Origin: Eledone cirrhosa
Taxonomy: Eukaryota
Direction of reading: 5' to 3'
Length of the DNA stretch: 64,000 bases
Assembly: GCA_964016885.1 (NCBI GenBank)
Contig: OZ024759.1
Span: 8,122,001-8,186,000, forward strand
The first letter of the stretch is position 1, and each line of letters opens with the position of its first letter. Made by a program: the position numbers and the translations under genes. Positions 39,578 to 53,417 of this stretch are shown piece after piece. Under the pieces are notes generated by a model, which worked only from the letters and a program-made list of their open reading frames with translations, had not been told where the DNA came from and ran no database searches.

Positions 39578-39962
39578 TGGAGGCATATGGCTTAGTGGTT
39601 AGAACATTGGGTTGTGAGTTCAATTCTCAGACCGGGTGATGTGTTGTGTCCTTGAGCAAGACACTTTATTTCACATTGCTCCAGTTTACTCAGCTGTAGA
39701 AATGAGATGATAGGGACTGTGGTCCCTATCATTCCACTGCAAAGTGTCGTGGAGGTGCCATGGCAAAAAAGCACCCAGCACTCACTGTAAATGAGGTTGG
39801 TGTTAGGAAGGGCATCCAGCTGTAGAAATCAAGCCAGAATCAGTTCTCGTATTAGCAAGACAAGGTCATCCGACTGGACACTGCACACAACAGGACAACC
39901 CGTCTAACCCATGCTAGCGTGGAAGAACGGGCGTAAAACGGTGATGATGATGATGATGATGA
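39578..39962 (+). mobile_element. Full-length tRNA-derived SINE with RTE tail
   Basis: A/B boxes, core and (TGA)n tail. Confidence 0.85.
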
Positions 39963-39983
39963 CATACATATATATATATATAT

Positions 39984-41228
39984 ACTAGCTGGCCCGTCCG
40001 GCTGGCACCCGGCTAGGTATACCGGCATTTTATCTTTTCAGGAATACCCCACCCCCCCCCACCCCTCCACTCCAGTGCAAAGATACTGCACGCTCTCTCA
40101 AGTCAGCGAGGTTGGAGTGGGAGGTGGGGGTGTTAAGGTGCTCTGATGTTGGGTTTGAATAGGTTTTAGGATTCCCCAGTTCAGCAGCCAGTACGTTAAA
40201 GAAAATTGATAGTTACAACAATAAAGGCTGAACAGAGAACACATTTTTTAACAAACTTTACTATAATTTGTACAACCATAATGGAAATTCCAAGTAACAG
40301 AAAATACATAAATTACATTGTTAGAGCCTCAGAGTATACAATATTTTTTGTTCGGCCCTCCGGAGCAAAGATAAAGAGAGTGTTTGGCAAGCTCACCCTA
40401 GAGCATCCTACATACAATTGACCATGGGAGAAGTATGGTTTTCCCAGATGAAGGCCAGCCACTTTTAGAGTTTTGTTGATGGTAATCGTGAAGCTTAGTC
40501 TTATTGGAAACTGAAGTCGCTTAACATGTCCTGCAACTGGCGAATGTTTTCAGGTAGATCTGGTGAGATAGCGGAGATGGTCTGGGATGGCCTGATGGTG
40601 ACGTATCGCTTGTCAATCTGCATCTCCAATGAAGTAGATTTGTAAAAACTTGTGGTCTTTGACGGTCAGAGGTAGGAGACTGTGGTACACTGTGGTACAC
40701 TTGGCCCTGTATTTTAAATGAGGGCATGAATCTGTGCTTTCATGAAATAAATAGGTTTTTGTTTTTGTGTATGTAAAAATATCTGTACACAAATATATAT
40801 ATTAAAATAACAGATTAAAGTTTAAGCAAAGAATCGCTGCTTTCACCCTTAACAGGTTCTTCTGAAACTAAAAAAATTAATCTGTGGACGCAGAGGTAAA
40901 TATTTCGAAAAAGGTTATCTAATGCAGACAGCCAGACATACAGAGACATATTATAAGGGTGCGACGTCATAGCTATGTATCTATCTAAAAAGACAGACTA
41001 AGAATAAGTGAGGAATGTCGTATAACCGGAAGTGTTGACATTTGAAATTTTAAAGAAGCGAATATTTAAATAATGTCTTTAATCTTTTAACAAAATTCAG
41101 TATACCATCACTTTTTTACTTGGAAAAAGTTACATCTATGGTGCAAATTTGGTGCTGTTTGGTCCAGCCATTTGGCGAAGAGTTTGTTACATACATACGG
41201 CCATCAGCTTTATATTATAGATATATAG
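39984..41228 (-). mobile_element. Internally deleted Helitron with Rep/Pif1-helicase remnants
   Basis: Minus-strand MPSFKIQGQVYH and KRLQFPIRLSFTITINK...FSHGQLYVGCSRV...TKNIVY; GC-rich 3' end finishing in CTAG. Confidence 0.82.
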
Positions 41229-42009
41229 ATATAATATATATTATATATAATATATATAATATATATATAATATATCATCATCATCATCATCATTTTACGT
41301 CCGCTTTTCCCTGCTTGCAAGGGTGGGACGGGAACTGATTCTGGCTTGATTTCTACAGCTGGATGCCCTTCCTAACACCAACCTCATTTACAGTGAGTGC
41401 TGTAATATAATATATATATATTATATATATTATATATATATTATATATATATAATATATATAATATATATTATATATATAATATATATATTATATATATT
41501 ATATATATTATATATGTATATAAATAAAAGAAACATATATATGTATATATTATATATACTTATATATATTATATATATACATATATAATATAATATTATA
41601 TATATATACATATATATATATTATATATATATTATATATATATTATATAATATATATATATATTACATAATATTATATATATACATATATATATTATATA
41701 TATACACATATATATTATATATTACATATACATATATATATATTATATATTATATAATATATATTATATATATATACATATATATATTATATATATACAT
41801 ATATATATTATATATATACATATATATACACATATATATATTATATATACATATATATATATTATATATTATATATATATTATATAATATATATTATATA
41901 TATACATATATATACACATATATATATTATATACATATATATATTATATATACATATATATATGTAATATATATATATTATATAATATATATATATTACA
42001 TATATATAT

Positions 42010-42625
42010 GAGACCCCTGTAGACAACTGATGAGGAACGCCCCCCCCCCCACCGTACTTGCTTTCTTATTCTTATTTTTAAGCCTACCTTAACTACCAAC
42101 TGCACAGCCATCCTATTTTATCATGTTTCGCTTGACCAGTCTTCTTTCTCTCCCTCTACCTATTTCATTGTTTTCTACTCTTCCCCCTCTTTCTTCCTCT
42201 CCAATTCTCTCTCTCACTTTCACTCATCCTCTCTCTGCCAGCCACCTCATTGTTTCCCTCAGTCCTTTTCTCACTTACACTCGCTGGGGTCAGACGTGTC
42301 TTTTCGTTTGTCCACACGCTCTCCAACTTATGTTCAGCACCGATGTGGGCTTGGATTTTCTTACTTTAAGTTGCTCGCACATTCTTCGGTTTGTTGTTTT
42401 TTTCGCTTTTTTTCTTTTTCTTCCATTTTTTTCCGTTTTCCCTTCTATTTTCCTTCCCTCCCTCCTTTGTTTTCGTAGTTACTTACCCAGTTATTGAATG
42501 TTCTGGGATAGATATATTGTCTTTAAAGCGTTGAAATATCCAAGACCCCCAGTAGACAACTGATGAGGAAAACTTCCCCCCTCTTCTTGCTTTCTTCTTC
42601 TTCTTATTATTATTATTTTTAAGCC

Positions 42626-42627
<2 letters not shown>
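42010..42627 (+). mobile_element. Short element with ~80-bp direct repeats each containing CTGATGA (pLTR-like)
   Basis: GACCCC..GTAGACAACTGATGAGGAA...CTTGCTTTCTT...TTTTAAGCCTA at 42012 and 42544; (TA)n flanks. Confidence 0.6.
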
Positions 42628-42668
<41 letters not shown>

Positions 42669-42730
42669 AAATAATTCCATCGGAAAAGTCCAGGAAAAAA
42701 GAGTGCTCTATGTATGCAACAGAGCTTAAT

Positions 42731-43217
42731 TATTATTATTATTATGTAATAAACAACATAAGGCAATTATTCCATTTACCAGTGGTTTCTTAAAAGCAAA
42801 AGGTTTTGCTTTCAATCCTCAGAATGAAAAATCCTGGTTTGTTTATTGAATATGGATTCTAAAAACAAAAATGCAATCTATATGAAAGTGAGGCTGGAAA
42901 AGGGAGAAGGAAAGGAAAAATAAAATAAAACTACACATGCAAACACACACAAAAAAAAGTATGTGTAAGTATGCTTTTGTGTTTTTTTGTGTGTGCTTGC
43001 ATGTGTAGTTTTATTTTATTTTTCCTTTCCTTCTCCCTTTTCCAGCCTCACTTTCATATAGATTGCATTTTTGTTTTTTGTTTTTAGAATCCATATTCAA
43101 TAAACAAACCAGGATTTTTCATTCTGAGGATTGAAAGCAAAACCTTTTGCTTTTAAGAAACCACTGGTAAATGGAATAATTGCCTTATGTTGTTTATTAC
43201 ATAATAATAATAATAAT

Positions 43218-43220
<3 letters not shown>
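42731..43220. mobile_element. ~490-bp palindrome with a hammerhead in each arm (42771-42828 -, 43118-43175 +)
   Basis: ttcatt-CTGAGGA-TTGAAAGCAAAA/TTTTGCTTTTAA-GAAA-CC act GG-TA-aatgga. Confidence 0.8.
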
Positions 43221-43271
<51 letters not shown>

Positions 43272-44156
43272 CAAAGATCGGAATTAAGAGTATTCTGCAG
43301 TTCACTGTAATAATAATAATAGTATTAGCTCAAAGAATAGAGAATTTCCTTCTGAGCTCAAATGCAAGTATATATTACACAAAGAGAAGTGTGTTACACA
43401 GTGAGATGTGTGTAAAGAATTATTACGAGCGTTTTTACCGTTACTGTATAGAGAACAATATCTACAGGTTAGCAATTAAATAGAAAAAAACTAATTCAGA
43501 ATCAAATCTCTGGATTAGAGTTTTAAATCACAAACCTTATAAGTATATTTTGCTGATACAAATCTCGCTTCGTTTCACCACTTATATGTGAAGTATCAGG
43601 TCACTGGATCCTCAGTCAGCAAATGCGAACACTGAACACTACACATCTAACCTCATGGACAGAGAGATTGCTAATAGACACGCTGCTCAGAGTAGGGGGA
43701 AGTCATGTGTTATTTGCATATATATATATATATATATATATAAATGAGACGTATAGAGATTGTTTTAGCAAGAAGCTAACGGCATTCTATAACATATATG
43801 CGACTATAACGTCAAGATGGGAAAAGTAGTTAACGAAAGATTTAGGAAAAATAACTCAAACTCATCTCAAAAGAGAATCAGGATACAAATTCATCCACAG
43901 AATTTAGTAAAATCCATGGAAAAATCTATAGACCTTTAACTCATATAAAATAAAGTTTGAAACACTTATCCTTCAATTTGGAATAACATCAAATGCTCTG
44001 TATAGTCTTAAAAGACTATTTCATGAAAACTTTCAGTGGAGATGGTCACGGTTGGAATATCATTCATCAGCAGAGCTCAACAGAAAACCAGGGCTCTCAC
44101 AGTAATATAGTCCGAAAAAGGGAATTCTAAAACTGGCTAGTTCGCCTATATATATA

Positions 44157-45562
44157 AGGCTCATGGAGAAGATGGAGTGGCATTAGAGGTGATGAAGAGG
44201 TGTGATTTTGATGATATCATCCTAGGGTTCTGTAACCAGGCAGTGGAGGATCAGTAACACCGTCCCAGTGTCAAAGAAGAGAGATCAACAGCAACAACTA
44301 CAAAGGGGATCTCACTGACGTCACTTGTAGCAAAGATCCTCAACTGGATGATTCTTAACAGGATTCAGCCCAAGATGGAGCGGAAGCTCAGGGACAACCA
44401 GAACGGTTAAGAGGGAAGATCAACCACTAGTCACATCCTGATGCTGAGGAGGATATTAGAGGGAGTTAGAGCAAAGTGCCTTCCTGCAGTCATGGTTTTC
44501 ATTGACTTTAGGAAGGCCTTGATTCTGTGGACCGTCACTGTCTGATGAAGATCTTACAGGCTTATGGAATCCCCAAGAAGATAGTGGACCTGATATCACT
44601 GCTCTACACCAACACCAAAGCCCAAGTCTTGATGGGATGACAGAGTTCTTTGAGATACTAGCTGGAGTGCTCCAGGGAGATACATTGGCTCCCTACCTTT
44701 TTATCATCGCAGTGGACTATTGTATGCACCTTGTACTGGAGAAACACCGGGACTCTGGCTTTACTGTAGCACAGGCTCAGAGCAGGAGAGTTAAGGCGAA
44801 AAAGATATCAGATGCTGAATTTGCCGACGACATAGTTTTGGTGACAAATACAGTGAAGGAGGCAGAGGATTTGATGCGGGAGGTTGAGACTGTGTCGATG
44901 AGTGTGGGGCCGAGAATGAATGAGATTAAGACAAAGTATCTGGTAGAGAATATTAAGAAGCCAGAGAAGATTACGAATGTAGGCGGGAAGGTGCTAGAAT
45001 TGGTTGAGGACTCTGGGAGCAGAGATTGGGAATACGGAAGATTATGTGTTCACGAGGAAGAGCAAAGCCTGGGTGGCATGCCACAGTTTGAGATTGGTGT
45101 AGAAGTTGGACCTTCGTAAAGACCTGAAGATCCATCTCTTTGTTGCTGTAGTGGAGTGTGTGTTGCTTTATGGGTCTGAGACTTGGACACTGACCAAGAA
45201 ACTCATTCAGATGGTGGAAGGGTGCTACACGAGAATGCTGAGGATGGCTCTGAACATTAATCAGTATACACTGAGGATGAAAAACTCAGAGCTGTACGGG
45301 AGCCTCCCAAAGGTCAGCTCGAGAGTAGCACAGAGGAGACTGAGGTTAGCTGGACATGTTCACCGACATCCAGAGTTGACACTGCACTCAGTGCTCCTGT
45401 GGGAGCCCCTGCATGGACACACTGGAAGAGGAAGACTGAAGTTGATGCCCTAAGGAGAGATACTGGTCTGTTGGAGACGCAGGACATGGCAGCGATGATG
45501 AGGGACAGAGACCGCTGGAGAGAACTCGTCCATGGATCTCGGGAATTTTACTACCCACCCTA
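44157..45562 (+). mobile_element. RTE-clade LINE RT fragment, second family, frameshifted
   Basis: FIDFRKA; GVLQGDTLAPYLF; FADD; LLYGSETWTL; RRLRLAGH. Confidence 0.88.
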
Positions 45563-46036
45563 GACATATATGCATGCATGTGTGTGTGTGTGTGTGTAAT
45601 TTACTACACAAAAGTATGAAAGTGATCTGGAAGCAACTGTAGTCTGCTGTAATGTGTAGATTTGGCTGCTATTTCTAACAAATGGAATGATCTTATGCAG
45701 GATTCTACTAACGTCCCGTATTAGTGTTGCCTAGTACAAGTTGTTCACTCTATAAAGATCTACTGTCTATATATACTCTTATGTGGGTGGATGTAGTGTT
45801 AAATCATTGTTTTTGTTCCATCTATTGATCACATGTAACAGCTGTTTGATAAATCAATACCAAAGACTTTCACTCCGAGTTATTAATCAGTTGGGGGCGG
45901 GGTGGGATGGGGGTGGGATGGTATGAGGGTAGGGGGCGAGGGTGGTGGGGATATGTGCTGCCGTTATTATTGTTTAGGTGAGTTGTTAGATTTATAGATT
46001 TATAGATTATACATTTATATATATATATATATATAT

Positions 46037-49000
46037 CATCATCATCATCATCATCTTCGTTTAACGCCCACTTTCCATGCTAGCATGGGTTAGACGGGAG
46101 TTGTCCCACTTGAGGTAAGGTTGGTCGGGTGACCGTGTCTCACTCATATAGGACTATCTGGCAGGTTTTCTACAGCTGGATGCCCTTCCTAACACCAACC
46201 ACATTTACAGTGTGGACTGGGAGGTTTTTACCGTGTTACCTACATGGCCACATTACAGCGTGGACTGTGTGTTTTTTTGTCGTGACACCTACACGATCTT
46301 GATCTCATTATCTCATTTATTTGGACTGGATGTTGTGGTACCAACTTTACAGAGAGAGAGTGGTGTTGGTGGGAGTGGGAGGATAGGGTAGGGGTAGTGG
46401 ATTGGGGGGTATATTTGGTTAAGAGTTGCCTACTGACTGTAGGTTTCGCTTTGTACATAGGCAAGGCAAGTCTTCTGTATTACTGCATAGCGCCAAAGAT
46501 CTCGGTCCAGTGACATTGTCTTGGAGAGGTGTAAGTGTGTGAGGTCGGAATTTATCAGATCATCCCAGGTTTTTCTGGGTCTGCCTACTCCGTAACTTCC
46601 ATCAATTTTGATCGCCCTGCACTTTTTATACAGCTGTCGTCTTTCATGCGCATCACGTGACCAACCAACGTATTCTTCTCTCAAATAAACAACATCTGAT
46701 CCCTCTTATTTCTAATTTCTCACTTAGTTCATTTATGCTTTGCCGTTCACGTATATTACTATTACACATCCAACGCAGCATGCATGCTTCGTTCCTTTCC
46801 AGTCTGCACAGGTCCTCTGCACACAATGCCCAGGTCTCACTGCCATGTAGCATTGCTGTTCATATACAGGCATCATACAATCTGCCTTTCATTTTTAGAG
46901 AGAAACCTTTTGTGGCCAACAGCGGTATAAGCTCTCTGAACTTTTTCCATCCCGTTCTAACTCTGGCTACTGTACTTTCAGAACACCCTCCTCCACTGCT
47001 GATTCGTCACCCAGGTAACGGAAAGTGTCCACTATTTCTATAGAACCATCTGTACAATAGAAGGAGCTAGTATCCTGTGGGCACTTGTTACTTATTGCAC
47101 CTGAGCATTGGCCACATATAAAGTCTACGTTCTTAGATAGCTTACCTATGATCCCACTACATCTTTTATGTACCCAAACTTTGCATTTGGGACATAAAAT
47201 GGAGTTTCTACCTACTCCTTTCCTACACACTGAGCATGGCCATTTCCCTGTGCCCTATTTTCCTTTCTACTTACTAGAACTTTAGTCTTAGACATGTTAA
47301 CTTTAAGGCCTTTTGATTCTAGGCCATGCTTCCATGTTTCGAATTTCTTCTCTAGTTCAGCCATTGATTCAGCTATGAGAGTTAGATCATCTGCGTATAT
47401 GAGTTCCCATGGGCAGCCAGCCTTGAACTCCTCTGTTATAGCCTGAAGGGCAATAATAAATAGGAGGGGGCTAAGGACAGAGCCTTGATGAACGCCAACT
47501 TTTACACTAAATTCTTCACAATATTCATTGTTAATTCTAACCTTACTGACTTTTTCTTTATACATAGCTTGTATAGCTCTCACAAGCCATTCATCAACAC
47601 CTAGTTTTCTAAGGGCCCACCAGATAATGGAGCGGGGGACTCTGTCAAAGGCTTTCTCCAGGTCTACAAAAGCTAAGTAGAGGGGTTTACTTTTAGCTAG
47701 GTACTTATCTTGTAGTTGTCGTACAATGAAAAGAGCGTCTGTGGTACTTTTACCTGACACAAACCCAAACTGCATTTCATCTAGATCAAAGGTTCTCAAC
47801 GGGGGGCATATGCACCCTCGGGGGGCGTTTGGGAACTCCGGGGGGGGGGAGGGGCGTTTGGGAGCAAGGTTCCATTAGGGGGGTGATGGAAGGCTCTTTA
47901 TTTTGGTAAGTTTTATAAGCCATATTTGTATGTCTTTGAGCACCCAGTGTGAATGCATTTGAATGAGCTTGCAGACAGCATAACTATAGTCTGACCGCAA
48001 CTGTGAGCAGGTGTGCAGGCGTGTCCAGTAATTGAGACATTAACCAGTAATTGAGATCCTAAAAATGGAAAAACCCACAGTCAGCTTGGTCAAGGATACT
48101 TTGAGCGCAGCCAGTTAGAATCTTATCTTTCCTTCACCGATAACAATGTATTTCATGTCTGAAATTATTGACTCAACCGTAACGAGTTAACACTATGTAG
48201 ATCTATTTTATTCCCTATTGTATAAATAATATTACAAATAAAAAAAGAAAAGAATAAACAGAAGCGGGTAGCACACACATCTAGGACCGCATACAACACA
48301 TAAGCAGGTAATACACACATCTAGGACCACATGCAACACATAAGGAGGTAGCACACACATCTAGGACCACATACAACACACAGGCAGGTAATACATACAT
48401 CTAGGACCAAATACAACACACATTGTATCATGTGCTACGGACGACGCAAGAGCAATGGTCAGCCAACATAAGGGTTTCGTCACTCTTCTGAAGAGAGATC
48501 ATCTATCTGTATTTGCTGTTCATTGTGTCATTCATGGACAACACTTGGCTGTGAAGAAACTCAGCAAGCCGCTGAGCAAGTCCTTGCAGGTGGCTCCTGA
48601 TGTCATCAATTTTATCAAACGGCATTCCCTCAATGAACGAATTTTCTGGCAACTGTGCCAAGATAATGATGAAGAATTCGTCAAGTTGCTCCTTCATACT
48701 GAAGTGAGTGGCTTTCAAAGGGCAAGTGCCTTACTCACTTCTTTGAACTGTTCGACTCTATCATTGAGTTTCTGTGAGGACGCAACACAGAACTGTACAA
48801 GAAAACCCTCGATGTGAGGCAAGACTACGCCTACCTCGCTAACACCTTTGACAAATGCAATAGCATCATTTTGGCTTTGCAGAGGAATAAGTTCACCTTG
48901 GTTAAAGCAAGGAATGCTGTGAAAACATTCCTGGCCAAATTGAATGTCATCGAAAGGAATCTTTGTTGACGGGAATTCTATAATTTTCCTAGTGTCGCCA

Positions 49001-51700
49001 ATGTTCAAAACATTGTAAGCGATGACCAACTCCAAATTTATACCACTGACCTCCGTGCACTACAAGACAACATGAGAGAACGGTTTGTCGACCTTTTGCC
49101 GATCGACATCCCAATGGGGATAGCAGATCCCTTATAGCTAACGTCGATGATTTGGACGTTATATTTCAAGAATTCATTGAACTCAAGCAGATGACATGAT
49201 CAAAATTAGATTTCCCAAAATAGGTGAACCCCCTTTTGGGATGCAAGAGGAAATTCAGCGTTAATTTCCACACCTACATGCAGAGGCTAAGAGATTTGCT
49301 TTGCCTTTTCCAAGCTCATACTTAGTCAAGAGGGGCTTTGGTGCTGTTTCCAGACTGTACAGTAAGTCTCGCAACCGCTACAATGTAATTACATGTGGAG
49401 ATCTCCGGCTACATCTTAGGAAAATTCAGCCTCACATCAAAGAGTTATCTAGACTCCATGAAGTTCAAGGGTCCCATTGAAATGAGTCAAAGTTAAAGTA
49501 AGTTGATTTATCCGAAAACTTGGATATGCTATTGTTACAAAGCAATCTAACAATTTTTTTATTTGTAGTTGCAGTCTGACTGATCTGGAAACCATCTACT
49601 ACAATTCACTTACTCATTTGTTGTATATATTTTACCATTTATTAATAAATATATCCTCCAGCGTGGTCATGAAAATCCTCTTCCGGGGTCTCTAAGCTCA
49701 CAAAGCAGAGGGGACATCAAGATAGATATCAACATTTATTCTGTCCATTTCATTAAAGGGAACATTGGAAAGCTTTGAAATGATATAATTGCCACTTTCT
49801 TCCAGATAAGACCACTCTTGAGATAGACAGAGTTGCTCTTGTATAAATGTTCAAAATATTTGGTATCATCTGGTGGGAATATAACAAATTCAACTGGTCC
49901 TTATTCATAAAATAGAACATTTATGTTCCTTTTTTTGAAATTTATATATTTCCTTTCAAGGAATGTGTTTATACTCCCAGCTGCCTGCAATGGTATCTTT
50001 GGAATATTGTTAATCAATTTTTTAGTAATCTACTGATATCAAAATCAGTAGTATATTGAAAAATGGAAAAATAGGGTAGGGGCGTTTCGTGATTTCGAGG
50101 GACAAAAAGGGGCGTTTGGCCTAAATGGGTTGAGAACCTGTGATCTAGATCAATTCGCTCTCTGATTAGTTGTGCTATAACTCTTTCTGTGACCTTCATG
50201 ACCTGGTCAACTAACTTAATGCTGCTATAGTTTCCCCTATCTAGAGCATCCCCTTTACCCTTGTAGCAATTGGATCGATTTGGGGCAGACTATCTTTTCA
50301 CATTTATTCTCCTCATTTAATAGTCTCTTGTAGTGACACTTCCAGGCTATATTCTTATCAGTATCAGTGAGCGCCATTACACCATTATCATTACGGACAC
50401 ACTCTACTTCCCCCAACCTGCCATACTTTCAAAGCCTGCTTTTTGGCCTTGATTGTCTCTTCCACCTTACTGTTCCACCACCAAGTTACCCTCCTGCCTC
50501 TAGGTCTGCTCCAGCCACAGATTTCATCCATTGCTTTCAGCAGGTTCACTTTCAAGAATTGCCACTGTTCCTCTATATTGCACGTCTCTAATTGCTCTTC
50601 CTTATTGTCAAAGGCATCAAGTAATAAGCTTTTAAATTTGTCACTGGCTATGGGGTCCTTCAACTTCCATATTCTTCTCCTCAAGGTAGGCCTTCTCTGT
50701 CATCGAGTACGTCTATTCCTGACTATGAGGTCACTAACTACTAGGCTATGTTGGGAGGTGCATTCTTCATGGGGGAGGGATTTAGTGCTTACAACAGACA
50801 CTTTGTCCCGTCTTCTAGTAAGGATATAATCTATCTGGCTGGTGTGTTCCCCTGATCTATAGGTGATCAAGTGGTTTTCACGTTTTTTGAAGTTTGTGTT
50901 ACAGATAGTTAGGCTATTTGCGTCACAGAATTCCAGGATTCTGAAGCCGTCCTCATTTCTATTTCCAACCCCATAGCCTCCATGGATTCCATCATAGCCA
51001 TCCCTCTGTTGTCCAACGTGACTGTTTAGATCGCTAGCAATAATTAAGTAGTCACTGTCGGTTATTTGGGAGGTAGTGTGCATTAGCATCTCATAGAACC
51101 TGTCCTTTATAACGTCAGGTAAACCAGATTGGGGTGCATAAGCGGATATTATTGTCACAGTATTTCTATTTAGAACTAGTCTTAATTCAATTATTCTGTC
51201 ATTCACTCTATTTACGTCAATTACCTTATCTACCCATTATTCAGCTAACATAATTCCTACACCACCCTGTCCGTTGTCTTTTCCCACCCAGAAAAGTTTA
51301 TAGCATCGTTCTTTACCCACGATGAATCTGGCAGATCCCCCTCTCCACCTAGTCTCTTGAATACAACAAACATCAACTTCTTTACGTTCAAGCATCTCTA
51401 CAACCTCATTTGAGCGACCTTTCAATGTGCCTACGTTCATGGTACCAACTCTAAAGTTGGGAGGGTGGGATGGATGGGTTGGAGGGGCAGGGAGGGGTGT
51501 GGGAGATGGAATTTTGTTGGTCATCCGTGTCTGAAATAAAGAGGGGTCCTTGTATTCTCGTCTTGCAGCAGGAGGTGAATTTATCTTCATCTGTGACATT
51601 GTCATTGAGTGCTTAGACTTTCCAAATTTCCGCAGTCAACCCATCAAACAGGTCTAAACTTAAGGAGTAGTAACCGGGAGTAACCATTAAGGTGAAACAA
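46037..51700 (-). mobile_element. Near-full-length RTE LINE (APE endonuclease plus RT), degenerate, interrupted by a hAT element
   Basis: GTMNVGTL, IQETRW, SAYAPQ, DLNSHVG, QIDYIL; FVDLEKAFDRV, GVHQGSVLSP, YADD; (TGA)n tail. Confidence 0.93.
47787..50142 (+). mobile_element. hAT (Charlie-like) DNA transposon with a degenerate transposase
   Basis: TIRs CAAAGGTTCTCAAC/GTTGAGAACCTGTG; 8-bp TSD ATCTAGAT; CATDDARAM, HCVIH, LLLHTEV and FPSSYL..RGF motifs. Confidence 0.92.
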
Positions 51701-51744
51701 TTGTTCTTGGTACGGTGAACTAACTGTTGTGTAACCACTTCTAT

Positions 51745-52330
51745 ATATCATCATCAACATCATCGTTTAACGTCCATATTCCACGCTTGCATGGGTTTGG
51801 ACGGGAGTTTTCCCACTTGAGACAAGAGTGGCTGTCTTGCTCGCATAGGACTGTCTGGCGGGTTTTCTACAGCTGGATGCCCTTCCTAACACCAACCACA
51901 TTTATACATACATATTTTCATTTATTTTTTTTATATTTTGCATGTATATGTGTGTATATATATATATTATATAAGCACACACACATCATTATCATCATCA
52001 TCATTTTACGTCCACTTTTCCCTGCTTGCAAGGGTGGGATGGGAATTGATTCTGGCTTGATTTCTACAGCTGGATGCCCTTCCTAACACCAACCTCATTT
52101 ACAGTGAGTGCTGGGTGCTTTTTTGCCGTGGCGCCTACACGACCACTTTGCAGTGGAATGATAGGGACTGGGGTCCCTATCATCTCATTTCTACAGCTGA
52201 GTAAACTGGAGCAATGTGAAATAAAGTGTCTTGCTCAAGGAAACAACACACCACCTGGTCTGAGAATTGAACTCACAACCTTTCAATTGCAAGGCCAATG
52301 CTCTAACCTCTAAGCCATGTGCCTCCATAT
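51745..52330 (-). mobile_element. RTE tail fragment plus a full tRNA-derived SINE
   Basis: Family matches. Confidence 0.82.
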
Positions 52331-52435
52331 ATATATATATATATGTATGAATGAAGTATTTCCGTCAGAAAGGTACAGGAAAAAAGAGTGCTCTATGTAG
52401 GCTACAGAGCTTTAATAGATACACCATGTTTTTTA

Positions 52436-52496
52436 TTCATTCTGACGACTGAAGACAGACATAACATCTGCCTTCAAGAAACCACTGGTAAATGAA
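52436..52496 (+). ncRNA. Type I hammerhead fold (same family as 43118)
   Basis: ttcatt-CTGACGA-cTGAAGACAGA/TCTGCCTTCAa-GAAA-CC act GG-TA-aatgaa. Confidence 0.7.
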
Positions 52497-52607
52497 ATAA
52501 TTATCTTATGTTGTTTATTACATAACTAAATATATATATATATATATAGAGAGAGAGATATAGTGACAAAACATAAGTCAATTGCATGAACTCATAATCC
52601 TTTATTT

Positions 52608-52663
52608 ACTGCTATATATATTTCGATGATAGCCATTGAATGGCTATGACCTCATCAGGCAGT
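52608..52663 (-). ncRNA. Type I hammerhead fold
   Basis: actgc-CTGATGA-GGTCATAGCCAT/ATGGCTATCATC-GAAA-TATATA-TA-gcagt. Confidence 0.78.
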
Positions 52664-53417
52664 TAGTCAGTTCTTAGATATGCCAGCTCTGTGTTTATGG
52701 TGTTGATGGTATCAGAGCCTTGGGACATATGAGCTTGTTAGGAATAATTTAATGTTGTCAGCAGGAATAGTCTTAATTCTCATTGGTCAGTTTGTAGATG
52801 GTAGTAGGGTTGGTATTTGACCTCAAAGAGGCAGGTGGTGTTGTAAAGTTCAAACCGTCAGGCAAGATGACAATAGTTCCATATGACTAATTTTCACAAA
52901 AAGCATTCCTGGTCAGATATTTATTCAATTGAGGTGATACTACAGGTCATTCTTAAATTGAGGAATGGTGCTACTGAAAATTATGGTTAGAGTAGAATAC
53001 TAGAAAATTACAAATAAAAAGACTTATGTAGGTTGACTTGCACATACACTCACACCCAGCTCCACAGACACACACACACACACCCACACATACAAATTGA
53101 GGAATTAATGTGGGGTGGTAACACTTAAAATAATGGTTAGAGTCAAATACTTAGAAAGTTTAGAAATTTTAGAAATAAGAAGACTTATGTTGGTTGACTT
53201 GTACATACACTCACACCTACCCCCTCAGACACACATACATCTACACACACGAATCCATACAGGTGTGTATATATATATATATATGTAGGCACAAGTGCGT
53301 ATATATATACAACAGAGGCCCCCGTTTCCAAGTATAAGGCAGACATAAAACTAGGTGGGTGTTATTTTTAAAGAAAAGTAAAGTGGGTGTTTGGAAAAGT
53401 TATTGTTTAGACTAGAC

